DNA of 64,000 bases from an uncultured Desulfosarcina sp. (GCA_963674945.2 CAXXWQ010000002.1:96001-160000); one strand, 5' to 3'; counted from the stretch's first letter, positions 22,796 to 33,838 are shown. The notes: generated from the letters alone by a model not told the origin. Program-made: numbers and translations.

Positions 22796-23995
22796 ATGAA
22801 GGTAGTTTTTGTCACAACCCATTACCCTCCATCCAAAGGATTCGGGGGGGTATGCGAATCGGGATATGGATTATCAAGAGCCCTGGCACGCTCAGGAGTA
22901 ACCGTAGACGTGATTACGAGCGATTCAACGTTAGGTGACAGGCTACCCTTTCCGGCGTTTGCCGACTACGAAGAAAATAACCTGAAAATTTTTCCATTCA
23001 GATATCTGTACAGCGAAAAGAATTGCTTTTCCTGTGAAGCGATAACGGTTCTTCGAAAGCTCATTCCAAAAAGCGATATTGTGCATGTCAACGGTATTTT
23101 TACTCATCCTGTGGCTCTTGGTGCCATGTTTTCAAGGTACTATAAAAAGCCTTACCTCGTCACCACACATAATGGACTGAATCCAAAGATATTTAAAATG
23201 CGGCGAATTAAAAAAAGGGCCGGGTTTCTGGGCTACGTAAGAAAAGATTTGCAGTACGCCAACTGCATTCACGCGACCTCCAACAAAGAAATGCACGCTA
23301 TCAAATCGATGGGAATTAAAAACACCTTTACGATCATTCCTAATGGTATCAATCCATCTGATTTCGAAAACCTTCCCAATAGCAGTGTTGCTGAATATAA
23401 GTGGCCCGCTCTCAAAGATAAGGCAGTTGTTCTATTCTTATCGCGCCTGGGTCCTGAGAAAGGATTGGATCTACTTTTACCTGCATGGGATACTGTAAAA
23501 GAAAAATGCCCTGATGCTTACCTGGTGATCGCCGGTCCGGATTCCAATGGCTTTTCTTCTTATGTACACAAATTGGCAAGCCAATCCCTTTTCCCAGAAT
23601 CGATATTCTTTACCGGCGGTGTATGGGGAAAGGATAAACTCTCGCTTTATTCAAGGGCTGAAATTTTCATACTTCCATCCCATGCGGAAAATTTCGGCAT
23701 CGTCATCGCCGAAGCCCTTGCATGCGGAAAACCTGTGATCACGACTACGGCAACGCCTTGGAATGATATTGAAAAAAACAAATGTGGGAAATGGGTCCAC
23801 GCAAATAGTAGGGACATAGCGAAAGCTTTATTGGATCTATTGTCGATTTCAACAGCGGAGAGACAGCAAATGGGACAAAGAGGCAAAAATTTTGTCACAA
23901 GATCCTACAGCTGGGATATCGTTGCCGACAAATTCGTCTCTGTCTATCAATCCATATTGAGCGGTAATGAGGTTTGCCCTCAACCCAAACTTTAA
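22796..23995 (+). CDS. Glycosyltransferase family 4
   Basis: IPNGI, FLSRLGPEKG, PSHAENFGIVIAEALACG. Confidence 0.92.
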   Translation: MKVVFVTTHYPPSKGFGGVCESGYGLSRALARSGVTVDVITSDSTLGDRLPFPAFADYEENNLKIFPFRYLYSEKNCFSCEAITVLRKLIPKSDIVHVNGIFTHPVALGAMFSRYYKKPYLVTTHNGLNPKIFKMRRIKKRAGFLGYVRKDLQYANCIHATSNKEMHAIKSMGIKNTFTIIPNGINPSDFENLPNSSVAEYKWPALKDKAVVLFLSRLGPEKGLDLLLPAWDTVKEKCPDAYLVIAGPDSNGFSSYVHKLASQSLFPESIFFTGGVWGKDKLSLYSRAEIFILPSHAENFGIVIAEALACGKPVITTTATPWNDIEKNKCGKWVHANSRDIAKALLDLLSISTAERQQMGQRGKNFVTRSYSWDIVADKFVSVYQSILSGNEVCPQPKL

Positions 23996-24020
23996 ACGAT
24001 ATGGTCCAGAACATTACTAT

Positions 24021-25079
24021 ATGAAAATTACCATATTATGGTCACAACTCGCCGACTATTCGATCGCTTTTTTTAAATCGCTAAAAGAACAGTGTGGGTG
24101 TGAAATTCAATTGATATACCAGCCGGTCAGCCATGATGCCCCGTATGGAAAATTTGACTTGTCATTTTGCATCGAATCGGATGAGGATTCATCCGAAAAA
24201 AGAAGCACAATAGAAACCCGCTGTATTCAGTTTAAACCTGATTGTGTTTTGATGAGTAGTTGGGGATTTCCCCATTATATGCGTATCGCAAAAAAGCTAA
24301 AGGATAATGGTTGTTATGTTGTCTCGGCCATGGACAATCAATGGCGCGGCACCATCAAGCAGTGGCTCGGAACCGTCTCATCGCGATGGTTTTTGAAGAG
24401 ATCGATCGATACTTTTCTAGTAGCTGGTGATCGCCAGGCTTTATTCGCCAGAAAACTTGGCTATGACGATGTGATGTACGGTTGTTATGCGGCAGATATT
24501 GAAAAGTATCGCATCGAAAAACAACTGAGCAAGCGAGAGAAGAACTTTCTCTATATAGGAAGATTAAAAAAAATAAAGGGTGTAGATATTCTTATCAATG
24601 CCTACCAGATATATAGAGATATGGTTGATAATCCTTGGGGGCTTATAATAGCCGGTACAGGCGAGATGGAATCGATTGGAAAAGGGATTAGCGGCATACA
24701 GCATCTCGGTTTTATGCCACCTGACCAGATCCCTATTACCATGGCATCAGCAAGATGTTTAATATTACCCAGCCGGTTTGAGCAATGGGGGGTGGTAATA
24801 CACGAGGCATCGGCTGCAGGACTTCCAATTATTTCCTCTCATGCATGCGGGGCCGTAACTGCATTTGTACGAGATGGTGTTAACGGCTACATAATCCCTC
24901 CAAAAGCTAACAAACTATCTCAGGCCATGTACCTTATTTCTGAAGCTAGTGATGAGGAATTAGAATTGATGAGTGAGTATAGCAAAAAACTATCAAGTCT
25001 GTGGAACCCTCATATCTTAGCCAGATATTTCTGCTCGAATATAAACTTTCGCTGCAAAGATACAATTCTTCTTTCATAG
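24021..25079 (+). CDS. Glycosyltransferase family 4
   Basis: YIGRLKKIKG, PSRFEQWGVVIHEA. Confidence 0.9.
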   Translation: MKITILWSQLADYSIAFFKSLKEQCGCEIQLIYQPVSHDAPYGKFDLSFCIESDEDSSEKRSTIETRCIQFKPDCVLMSSWGFPHYMRIAKKLKDNGCYVVSAMDNQWRGTIKQWLGTVSSRWFLKRSIDTFLVAGDRQALFARKLGYDDVMYGCYAADIEKYRIEKQLSKREKNFLYIGRLKKIKGVDILINAYQIYRDMVDNPWGLIIAGTGEMESIGKGISGIQHLGFMPPDQIPITMASARCLILPSRFEQWGVVIHEASAAGLPIISSHACGAVTAFVRDGVNGYIIPPKANKLSQAMYLISEASDEELELMSEYSKKLSSLWNPHILARYFCSNINFRCKDTILLS

Positions 25080-25082
25080 CAA

Positions 25083-26264
25083 ATGCGTATTGCCATACAC
25101 GACTATGCCGGATTTTCGTTTCTTTTCGATCTGAGCAATGAGCTTGCAAAAAGAGGTCACACGGTCTTGCATCTTTTTACCGAATCCAGTGGTGGCCCAG
25201 ACGGTATGATCGACCAAAAGCCATGCAAAGGGCTTTTCATCAAAAATATCCATATGGATCGCGTAAACAAAGACCATTTCTTGAAAAGATGGCAGCAGGA
25301 ACGAAAATATGGTGATCTTGCCGTGGCCGAGCTTAACAGTTGGCGCCCGGAGATCATCATTTCAGCGAACACACCATTGATGGCACAAAAAAAGATTATC
25401 GGTTGGGCGGATAGGAAGCGGGTCACCTCTGTATTTTGGCTCCATGATTTGCTGAGTGTCGCCGCTAGATCAATCATTTCCGACATTCATCCCGTCATTG
25501 GTCGACTGGCATATGCATATTTGAACAGAATTGAAGTCAGAGCCTTATCCCGGGCAGATCATATCATCGCCATTACAGATGATTTCATTCCCTTTTTGCG
25601 GCAATGGCACATCGACCCCACAAAGATCGGAATTATTCCCAACTGGGGGCCGATCGAGCGTATTCCCGTTTTACAGAGAAGAAACTTCTTTTCAGATCAA
25701 CATGGATTGAATGACAAATTCGTCGTTTTATACTCGGGCACCTTGGGCAAAAAGCAGGGGATTTCACTGATCATTGAAACCGCCACAAAATTGACCGGGC
25801 ATGATGATATCTGTTTTGTGATTGCGACAGACGAACGCGGACACGATTATTTGAAATGGCAATTGGCCGGCAGGGTTCTTCCCAACCTGATGCAGCTTCC
25901 GCTGCAGACACCAAGCCGCTATCCGTATCTTCTGGCATCGGCGGATCTGCTGTTGGTTTCTCTTGACAAAGAAGCGGGAGCTTATTGCGTTCCCTCGAAA
26001 CTCTGGGCTGCATTTTGTGCCCAGAGAGCGTCGATCGTTGCCATCGACAGAGAAAACCTATGTGCACGAATAACAAATGAGATCAGCGCCGGTGTGGTGA
26101 TCAGCCCGAATTCAGTTGACCAGTGCGTGTCGGCAATAACGGAACTGAAAATCAATGGGCCACTGCGATTGGATATGGGAAAACGGGCAAGGCGTTACGC
26201 AGAACGATTTTTCCCCATATCGAACGTCGCCGACACTTTCGAAACAATACTTGAAGCCAGATGA
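25083..26264 (+). CDS. Glycosyltransferase family 4 (WcaI-like)
   Basis: IPNW, LYSGTLGKKQG, VPSKL. Confidence 0.85.
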   Translation: MRIAIHDYAGFSFLFDLSNELAKRGHTVLHLFTESSGGPDGMIDQKPCKGLFIKNIHMDRVNKDHFLKRWQQERKYGDLAVAELNSWRPEIIISANTPLMAQKKIIGWADRKRVTSVFWLHDLLSVAARSIISDIHPVIGRLAYAYLNRIEVRALSRADHIIAITDDFIPFLRQWHIDPTKIGIIPNWGPIERIPVLQRRNFFSDQHGLNDKFVVLYSGTLGKKQGISLIIETATKLTGHDDICFVIATDERGHDYLKWQLAGRVLPNLMQLPLQTPSRYPYLLASADLLLVSLDKEAGAYCVPSKLWAAFCAQRASIVAIDRENLCARITNEISAGVVISPNSVDQCVSAITELKINGPLRLDMGKRARRYAERFFPISNVADTFETILEAR

Positions 26265-26273
26265 GGTAATCGG

Positions 26274-27635
26274 ATGGGCAATGGTAAATCCAAGCTTCTT
26301 TTCATCATCGATCTGACATTCCTGCTCTTTTTCTTCTTCTTTGTATATAAAGGTTATACGGGTGAGACGACGATACCGTTGAAAGGAAGCATTTTGATGG
26401 GCCTCGTCGTCATCGCATGGTTCCTGATATCGGTCGACTCCAATATCCTTCGGATCGACACCACATCCCATACAATCGATACGCTGAAAGATATTTTCAT
26501 TGCCTATTCGGTATTAAGCACCTTCACGATCGCAACCGTTGCCATATTCGGTGAGTTCAGGCCCAACGACAAACTGATCCTCTACCCGCTATTGTTCAGT
26601 GCCATCTCTTCCGCGATCCTGCGTCTGTCCTATCGGATCATCAACAGACAATTTTTTAAATACGGGTATCGGCAAAAATCCGTATTGATAATTGGAAGCA
26701 GGGGGGCGGCCAGACAACTCATTAACAAGCTGTTATCCACGCCCGAACTGGGACTAAAAATCTTTGGGATCTTGGCGGACACGCCCCCTGAAGGTCAACT
26801 GAAGAAATACTATTTGGGGAAGATTGAGAAATTTAATAAAATATTGGGAACGCATCCCATTGATGAAGTCATCATTGCCAAACCATTGACAGAAGTGCAG
26901 ACCATTACGCGCATTGCCGAGAGCTGCGAGGGACGGGGTGTGCGATTTTACATCGCGCCGGACTTTCACAATATTATTCCCAAGTGGACAATCCTCACAT
27001 CACTTGGCGATATTCCCGTTATTGCCTTGCGAAACGAACCATTGAACGTATTTGGCAACCGCATCGTCAAGCGCATTTTTGATATCCTGGTCTCTTTTTC
27101 CGCTCTTCTGCTTCTTTCCCCCATTTTGGCATTTATTGCCATCTCCATTAAGATGACCTCCCCCGGCCCCGTTTTGTTCAGGCAAAAACGAATCGGAAGC
27201 AACAATCTCGAATTTACATTGCTCAAATTCAGAACAATGACCGTTCAATCGCCTGCTGAATCGAATACCACCTGGACCCTTCCCGATGACCGGCGCGTAA
27301 CACCTTTCGGCAAGGTATTGCGTCAAACCAATCTGGATGAATTGCCACAGCTCTGGAATGTCCTCGTCGGTGACATGAGTATTGTCGGGCCGCGTCCGGA
27401 ACGAAAGCATTTTGTAGAAAAATTCAGTATGGAAATCCCCAATTACCGAACGCGGCATCTGATCAAGTCCGGTATCACCGGTCTTGCCCAGGCCAATGGG
27501 TGGCGAGGTAACACATCGATCCGGAAAAGAGTCGAAAATGATCTCTACTACATAGAGAACTGGAGCCTTTGGCTCGATCTGAAAATCATCGCAAAAACAT
27601 TTTTAAACCCTGCAGCATGGAAAAACGCCATATAA
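26274..27635 (+). CDS. wcaJ: Undecaprenyl-phosphate hexose phosphotransferase (priming glycosyltransferase, WcaJ-like)
   Basis: [53 protein letters not shown]. Confidence 0.92.
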   Translation: MGNGKSKLLFIIDLTFLLFFFFFVYKGYTGETTIPLKGSILMGLVVIAWFLISVDSNILRIDTTSHTIDTLKDIFIAYSVLSTFTIATVAIFGEFRPNDKLILYPLLFSAISSAILRLSYRIINRQFFKYGYRQKSVLIIGSRGAARQLINKLLSTPELGLKIFGILADTPPEGQLKKYYLGKIEKFNKILGTHPIDEVIIAKPLTEVQTITRIAESCEGRGVRFYIAPDFHNIIPKWTILTSLGDIPVIALRNEPLNVFGNRIVKRIFDILVSFSALLLLSPILAFIAISIKMTSPGPVLFRQKRIGSNNLEFTLLKFRTMTVQSPAESNTTWTLPDDRRVTPFGKVLRQTNLDELPQLWNVLVGDMSIVGPRPERKHFVEKFSMEIPNYRTRHLIKSGITGLAQANGWRGNTSIRKRVENDLYYIENWSLWLDLKIIAKTFLNPAAWKNAI

Positions 27636-27668
27636 CACGTTTTTATGAAAAAGAGTTGAACACGTTGC

Positions 27669-29099
27669 ATGGGTAATCATCTGAAAACAATTACTGCCGC
27701 AATATCCCTTTTTATCATCGGCACCATCCCCATCCTCTTTGCCGCCGTGGAGCCCTGGGTGTGGTCGGTCTATAGCATGCTGATGATCGTTGTTTTCCTG
27801 TTGCACCTTTGGTTTCCATCCGTTCCCAATTCTTTCCATGCGCCCAGATCAGCCATGAGCTTGATTGTTCTCTTTTTCATCTGGACATTCATTCATGGCC
27901 TTCCATTGCCCTATTCTGTTTTTTCCCATCTCAGCCCCGCACGGGCAGATATTCTCTCCCGTGCTGCCACACTCATCAATACAGAACATTCATGGGAGGC
28001 TCTTTCCTATCTTCCGGCAGTTTCCTTGAATTGGTGGGTCTTCTTACTCAGCCTGGGCCTGTTTTATTTTGTGGTCACAGACCAATGTGTACAACCGGAA
28101 ATGGGCAAACGCATCGTTTTCGTCATGATTGCCATCGGGCTCATTGAAGCACTTTATGGACTTTTCCAGGCCCTTTCGCCGTCCATGGGGGTGCTCTGGG
28201 TCGACTACATCGCGTCTTACATGGGCAGGGCTCGGGGAACTTTTATCAATCGCAACAACTTTGCCGGGTTCATGGAGATGATCTGGCCACTGGCATTGGG
28301 TGCAACCTTGGCCATGGCCGGCCGGTTCACATCATTCAGGGAGGCACTCCACTCCGACAAGCTCAACCGGCAGGCGCTGATGGCCCTGGGGATTATCGTT
28401 CTCCTCCTGGCATTGGTTTTCACCCGTTCCCGCGGCGGCATTATCAGCGGGCTGGCCGGATTTGCCTCTTTTTTGATCCTGGGGCGGCCCGGCATGAAAG
28501 AATTGGCGAAACAAACGCGAATCCTGATGGGTGGCGTTTTTCTCTTGCTTGGAATCTACACGGTTTCCATCGGCATCGGACCGATCATTCAACGATTCTT
28601 GTCCATACGGGGTGACGGCAGCTCGCGGCTGGACATATGGCACGACAGCCTTCCCATCTTACGCGACTACCCGCTGGGCATCGGCCTGGGCAACTATGAA
28701 ACCGTGTTTGCCGTTTACAACCGGTCGCTTACGTCGGACAAGGTAGTGAACTACGCGCACAACGACTATTTGCAGCTTCTGATCGAGACCGGCTGGATCG
28801 GGTTCGCCTTGCTCATGGGGGCTCTGTTCATCTTTTTGTACAGTAGCGCCAGGAAAATCCGTAAAATCGACTACAAAAGGAATCCCCTGCAATTTTACCT
28901 GTCCGTCGGCGCTTTTTCCGGAATGGTTTCCATGTTGGTTCACGGCCTTTTCGATTTCAATTTCCAAATTCCCGCAAATTGTCTCTATTTTACAGTACTC
29001 ATGGCCATTATCGCAGGATGTGTACAAAAGAAATCGCCGCCAAGTGAGAAACACACACACATGACACGTTCGGAGAACGTTGATGCCCGTCTGCAATAA
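27669..29099 (+). CDS. O-antigen ligase-like membrane protein
   Basis: GTFINRNNFAG, TRSRGG, GIGLGNY, AHNDYLQ. Confidence 0.85.
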   Translation: MGNHLKTITAAISLFIIGTIPILFAAVEPWVWSVYSMLMIVVFLLHLWFPSVPNSFHAPRSAMSLIVLFFIWTFIHGLPLPYSVFSHLSPARADILSRAATLINTEHSWEALSYLPAVSLNWWVFLLSLGLFYFVVTDQCVQPEMGKRIVFVMIAIGLIEALYGLFQALSPSMGVLWVDYIASYMGRARGTFINRNNFAGFMEMIWPLALGATLAMAGRFTSFREALHSDKLNRQALMALGIIVLLLALVFTRSRGGIISGLAGFASFLILGRPGMKELAKQTRILMGGVFLLLGIYTVSIGIGPIIQRFLSIRGDGSSRLDIWHDSLPILRDYPLGIGLGNYETVFAVYNRSLTSDKVVNYAHNDYLQLLIETGWIGFALLMGALFIFLYSSARKIRKIDYKRNPLQFYLSVGAFSGMVSMLVHGLFDFNFQIPANCLYFTVLMAIIAGCVQKKSPPSEKHTHMTRSENVDARLQ

Positions 29100-31485
29100 G
29101 CGCAACGTCATCTTTGTTCATATACCAAAATGTGCGGGGACATCGATAGAAGTCGCCCTGGGTTGGGCAAGTGCCTATCCACGCATCGGAAGGGAAATAA
29201 CAAAAACGGTGCCCAATTTCATGACATTGTTTGGCGGCGACCTGCAGCATTTGACGATACGTGAGATTGCTGAATATTTTCTTTCTTCTAAAACATCAAA
29301 CTACTTTTGTTTTGCCATCGTTCGAAACCCCTTTGACAGGCTGGCATCTCACTTTCTCTGGAAGAATTACAGATTTAAAAAGGTGGATCAAAAAGTTGAA
29401 GCATTGCGTACGGATTTTCGCGTTTTCGTTGACCACGTCCTGGCGCCATATGCAAAGACGCAAGCGTTCACTTCACCGCGGGACGGTTACCTGCACTGCG
29501 GCGTTTCCACTGGTCCTTCTCTTGCAATCAACAGCATTGGCCGGCATCTTATGCCCCAGTGCAGTTATCTTTTTATAAACGGGCAATTGTGTGTCGACAA
29601 ACTGATCGCCTGTGACGACCTCAATCCAGAGTGGGCGTTGCTTCGAAAGAAGATCGCGGACCTGGCGCCTTTGGAAGTACGAATGAAATCCGAGCATTCA
29701 TTCGATTATACCGAACTTTATGATGACCCGCTCAGATCAAGGGTTACAACCATGTACGAGGCTGATTTTGCCTTGTATGAATCTTTGTTGCAATCCAATA
29801 AAAGCACCATAGAAAAAGATGTGGACGCCGACTTTCAGTTCGCCGGGAAAACTAATCTTCACAGTGACCGGATTGATTGTCAGGGAGAACCAAAAGTCCC
29901 CAATAAAATCTTCATGTATTGGCATCAAGGATGGGAACATGCGCCCTTTGTCGTAAAAAGATGCCTGCATTCAATTACAAAACAGAATCCGCAATGGGAA
30001 ATCAATCTCTTGGACGCAAACAGTGTGTCCGATCATGTAGACATCCCGGAAGAAATAGAAAAAGAGAATGATTTTCCCTTATGTGCTCTTTCGGATATCA
30101 TCAGAATCGAGTTGCTCAACAAATATGGCGGCGTTTGGATGGATGCAACGATCTGGTGTCACGTTCCTTTGCGGGATTGGCTGAACTCAGTCTGTAAAGC
30201 CGGGTTTTTCGCTTTTTCCAAACCGAACCCCGGATTGCCGCTGTCCAGTTGGTTTTTGGCTGCCACGACCGACAGCTATATCATCCGAACGTGGCGAGAT
30301 GCCACAAGACAGCTCTGGGACAGCAGTCAATTCTTGGAAGAAACGCGCCCATTTTGGAAAGAATGGACAAAATCCGAGTATTATTTTTGGTTTCATAACC
30401 TGTTCCAAGATTGTCTCGATACGCATAAACGGTTTAAAACCATCTGGAATCATGTGCCGACCGTTTCGGCGGATGGCCCCCATTATCTTCAACACCAAGG
30501 CCTCCTCCATCCGCTTTCCACCGAAGCCGTTTACCACATCGCAACTCGTCAAAGCAGTGTGTACAAGCTTACCCATAAAATATCCCTGGGAGAAAATATC
30601 CAAGGAACAAATATCGGTTTCCTGTTGAAGCAACCGGACATAGATATTGCCGGTCTTGACCCCGGAGTATTGCAGTCAGGGTCGATATATCAGTTGAGCG
30701 TAACCCGCTCAATCCGGAATGAGGTAGAAAATGCAATCGACACCGTTAAAAGAGCAATTGCATTAAATACTGAAAACGCCCTTCTCTATCACCACCTGGG
30801 CAACCTTCTATTTCGAAGCGGTGACATCGACGGCGCCGAAAGCGCGCAATTGAAAGCCATGGACCGCGACCCGGAATTTTCGGCGCCCCATGTCCAGCTC
30901 AGTCGCATTTACAGCCGAAAGAACGACATCGATAAGGCCGTAAAATTCATAAAAAAGGCCATCCAGTTGAAAGATGACGATCCCAACGCGTATCACCACC
31001 TGGGCAACCTGCTGTTTCGAAACGGCGACCTTGACGGCGCCGAAAGTGCGCAATTGAAAGCCATGGAACGCAACCCGGACATTCCCGGGCCTTATGCCCA
31101 GCTCAGTCGCATCTTCAGCCGAAAAAACGACATCGATACGGCATTGCGATTTATTAAAAAGGCCGTAAAGCGAAAAGATGATGATCCCAACGCGTATCAC
31201 TTGCTGGGAAATTTGCTATTGCAAAAGGGCGATCTTGACGGTGCCGAAAGTGCACAATTGAAAGCCGTGGAGCGCAACCCGGACATTCCCGGGCCCTATG
31301 CACAGCTTAGTCATATCGAATTTCGAAAGAAGAATATCGACAAGGCGATCGTTTTTATAGAAAAAGCAATTGAATTGAAAAAGGACAATAAAAACTTTTA
31401 TCATCACCTTGGAAACCTGCGCCAACAAATTGGTGACAGCCAGGGGGCCAAACAAGCTCGACAAACGGCGGAAGATCTCAATTGA
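29083..31485 (+). CDS. Fusion protein: sulfotransferase family 2 + capsular polysaccharide synthesis (DxD) domain + TPR array
   Basis: FVHIPKCAGTS and VRNPFDRLAS (PAPS-binding motifs); KIFMYWHQG, SDIIRIELLNKYGGVWMDAT; repeated TPRs. Confidence 0.8.
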   Translation: MPVCNKRNVIFVHIPKCAGTSIEVALGWASAYPRIGREITKTVPNFMTLFGGDLQHLTIREIAEYFLSSKTSNYFCFAIVRNPFDRLASHFLWKNYRFKKVDQKVEALRTDFRVFVDHVLAPYAKTQAFTSPRDGYLHCGVSTGPSLAINSIGRHLMPQCSYLFINGQLCVDKLIACDDLNPEWALLRKKIADLAPLEVRMKSEHSFDYTELYDDPLRSRVTTMYEADFALYESLLQSNKSTIEKDVDADFQFAGKTNLHSDRIDCQGEPKVPNKIFMYWHQGWEHAPFVVKRCLHSITKQNPQWEINLLDANSVSDHVDIPEEIEKENDFPLCALSDIIRIELLNKYGGVWMDATIWCHVPLRDWLNSVCKAGFFAFSKPNPGLPLSSWFLAATTDSYIIRTWRDATRQLWDSSQFLEETRPFWKEWTKSEYYFWFHNLFQDCLDTHKRFKTIWNHVPTVSADGPHYLQHQGLLHPLSTEAVYHIATRQSSVYKLTHKISLGENIQGTNIGFLLKQPDIDIAGLDPGVLQSGSIYQLSVTRSIRNEVENAIDTVKRAIALNTENALLYHHLGNLLFRSGDIDGAESAQLKAMDRDPEFSAPHVQLSRIYSRKNDIDKAVKFIKKAIQLKDDDPNAYHHLGNLLFRNGDLDGAESAQLKAMERNPDIPGPYAQLSRIFSRKNDIDTALRFIKKAVKRKDDDPNAYHLLGNLLLQKGDLDGAESAQLKAVERNPDIPGPYAQLSHIEFRKKNIDKAIVFIEKAIELKKDNKNFYHHLGNLRQQIGDSQGAKQARQTAEDLN
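30787..31420 (+). repeat. 204-bp intragenic tandem repeat (two TPRs per unit), three units plus a partial
   Basis: TATCAC/TATCAT-led units recur at 30787, 30991, 31195 and 31399. Confidence 0.9.
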
Positions 31486-32303
31486 TCGACCTGCACTGCC
31501 ATATCCTGCCGGCTTTGGACGACGGTCCGGAAACCGAGGCGCAGAGCCTGGAAATGGCCGTGGTCTTTTCTCGGGCAGGCTATCAGACCGTCGTTGCAAC
31601 CCCCCACATGGTGCCGGGAAGCCATTGGATGCCCGGTGTCAGCCAGGTTCGGGACCGTGTGGATGCACTGAATCAAGCGATTCGGGCAAAGGGCCTGAAA
31701 CTCGAAGTCGTCCCCGGTATGGAGATCGCACTGGATCCCATGATTCCCGACCTGTTGGACCAGGGACGGCTGCTGCCCATCGGAAACACATCCTGCCTGT
31801 TGATCGAGCCGTCCTTTCAACAAATGCCCGAAGGATGGCAGCGGGTGATCTTCACCATTCAGGCCTTGGGACACACGATTCTCCTGGCCCACCCCGAGCG
31901 CTGCCCAGATTTGGCGCTTCAACCCGATTTGATACCGCAACTGATCGCATCGGGCATCTATCTTCAGCTCGATCTGGGTAGTTTTATCGGCCGATACGGC
32001 AAAGCGGTCAGCCAAATGGCCCGACAAATGGCCGCCAACGGATGGATCCATTGTCTGGCCACCGATAGTCACCGTCCGGAAGGGCACACTCCCGAGCAGC
32101 TTTTGCGGGCACGATCCGTTGTGGAAAAAAGGATCGGTCGAGACAACCTTCGGCTGCTGAGCCTGGAAAACCCGCGACGGCTTTTGGCCGGTGAACCGTT
32201 GCTGTCGGTTGACATGGAGCCGTTGATGGAGATGAGAAAGCGGCCCTGGTGGCGGTTCTGGGACAGAAAACACCGGGGGACAGGCAAGGTGCACCATGAA
32301 TGA
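31482..32303 (+). CDS. CpsB/CapC family PHP tyrosine phosphatase
   Basis: IDLHCHILPALDDG, ATPH, LAHPER, ATDSH. Confidence 0.92.
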   Translation: MIDLHCHILPALDDGPETEAQSLEMAVVFSRAGYQTVVATPHMVPGSHWMPGVSQVRDRVDALNQAIRAKGLKLEVVPGMEIALDPMIPDLLDQGRLLPIGNTSCLLIEPSFQQMPEGWQRVIFTIQALGHTILLAHPERCPDLALQPDLIPQLIASGIYLQLDLGSFIGRYGKAVSQMARQMAANGWIHCLATDSHRPEGHTPEQLLRARSVVEKRIGRDNLRLLSLENPRRLLAGEPLLSVDMEPLMEMRKRPWWRFWDRKHRGTGKVHHE

Positions 32304-33660
32304 TACGTCCCGCCGGATCCCGTCCCGAGAGGGCCACCGCGTCTCCTATTTTCGTAAATTCCTGTACATTTTGATCACTTTGTTCTTACTGGCGATGGGA
32401 TGCTGGTCGGTTACGTTCAGTTGGCCCATTCGAACGGTCCGGTATCATCCTGACAGTTTGGTCGATGGTGCGGACTACCGGCTGGTGGACTATCCGGAGG
32501 CACAATATGCCTTTGGCATGAATGCCTGGCTTGGATTTCAGCCCCAACAGGCAAAACGGTGCTTCCTTCGGGCTGTTTCCGGTAACGCGCTTTATCTGGA
32601 CGCCTGGCTCAATCTGGCAGAAATCGAAACAGAGCAGGGAAACCAGGAAAATGCGAAGGCGATTTTGGCCTATACCCACGATTTGTCCGGGCAGGTCCAT
32701 CGCTGGAAATGGCGGCAGCTCCTATTGGCCCGTGAACTTGGGATGGACGAAATTGTATTCGGCAACGTCAACGACTTGTTATCAAAGGATGTTTTCACAC
32801 AAGATGTCTTTCAACTGATACACGCCGACCTTGGTGGCAGCGCCTCGGCGGTCATCGAGAGACTGGAGCCGTCCCACCTGACAGCGTACCTTTTGTGGCT
32901 GATTCGTTGGGGGCTGCCGGACCAGAGTGAACGCGTTTGGCAGGCCATCACCGCCATCAAAACGCCGGACAGGGCCATCGCCTTGCGTTATGTCAATTTT
33001 CTACTGGCACATAAACGGATCATCCCCGCCGTGGAGGTCTGGCATCAATATACCGGCTCCAGCGGGTTGACCAACCCCGGTTTCGAGAAGGAGTTGACCA
33101 ACCAGGGGTTTGACTGGCGCTATTGGGGTGAGAAAGAGGGAACATGGTCAATGAAGCGGGCCACCTACCTGACGGTAGAGGGGGATTATGCGTTGAAAAT
33201 CTCCTTCAATGGAAAGGAAAATATTTCTTTCCAACATGTTTTTCAGATTGTCCCGGTGATTCCGATGAAGAAATATCGTCTGACCTATTCATGGAAAAGC
33301 AGGGGGGTCACCACGGACCAGGGACCCTTCGTGGAAATCTACGGCTACGATACACAAGGGCTGTACGCATCCGGTTCCGTTATCAACGGATCCCAAACCT
33401 GGCACGAAGAATCCATCACGTTTGAAACACCGGCGGATTGCCACGCGGCGGTGTTGCGCCTGCGACGTCGGCCCAGCATGCGTTTCGATTCAAAAATCAG
33501 AGGAATCGTCTGGTTTGACGATTTCCGATTGACGTCTGAGGAAGAGGTTCCAAAATCATGGTCCGGAGTGCATGGCCTTGGGCTCGCCCTGGAAGGGGAA
33601 ATGGAACGCGAACACATGGTACCGCAGGAGACAGAAGCCAGAATTCTGGAGACAGAATGA
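32296..33660 (+). CDS. Membrane-anchored TPR-like protein with C-terminal carbohydrate-binding-like domain
   Basis: N-terminal TM, helical repeats, LTNPGFE...GFDW...VWFDDF (CBM4/9-like); last codons come from repeat E3. Confidence 0.7.
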   Translation: MNDTSRRIPSREGHRVSYFRKFLYILITLFLLAMGCWSVTFSWPIRTVRYHPDSLVDGADYRLVDYPEAQYAFGMNAWLGFQPQQAKRCFLRAVSGNALYLDAWLNLAEIETEQGNQENAKAILAYTHDLSGQVHRWKWRQLLLARELGMDEIVFGNVNDLLSKDVFTQDVFQLIHADLGGSASAVIERLEPSHLTAYLLWLIRWGLPDQSERVWQAITAIKTPDRAIALRYVNFLLAHKRIIPAVEVWHQYTGSSGLTNPGFEKELTNQGFDWRYWGEKEGTWSMKRATYLTVEGDYALKISFNGKENISFQHVFQIVPVIPMKKYRLTYSWKSRGVTTDQGPFVEIYGYDTQGLYASGSVINGSQTWHEESITFETPADCHAAVLRLRRRPSMRFDSKIRGIVWFDDFRLTSEEEVPKSWSGVHGLGLALEGEMEREHMVPQETEARILETE

Positions 33661-33806
33661 ATCTGATATCGCTTCGCTCAATCTATCTGATATAATGGAT
33701 CGCGCCGAAGGCGAATACCTGATTCTCGTATGACTCCTGGATTCTTGTGGCAATCATATGACAGAGCTAATGAATTCCGGCCTGGCCCCCAAGGACCAGG
33801 TTTCTA
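33625..33806 (-). repeat. Dispersed intergenic repeat family E, copy 3 (inverted)
   Basis: Reverse complement aligns with 49690-49881 along its whole length. Confidence 0.85.
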
Positions 33807-33838
33807 CACATTAATAAATTAGTAACGAGGCACCTTTC

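Noticed and set aside
30787..31420. Regularly spaced repeats as a CRISPR array
   Set aside because: Period is 204 bp, in frame within a TPR coding region, with no unique spacers and no cas genes
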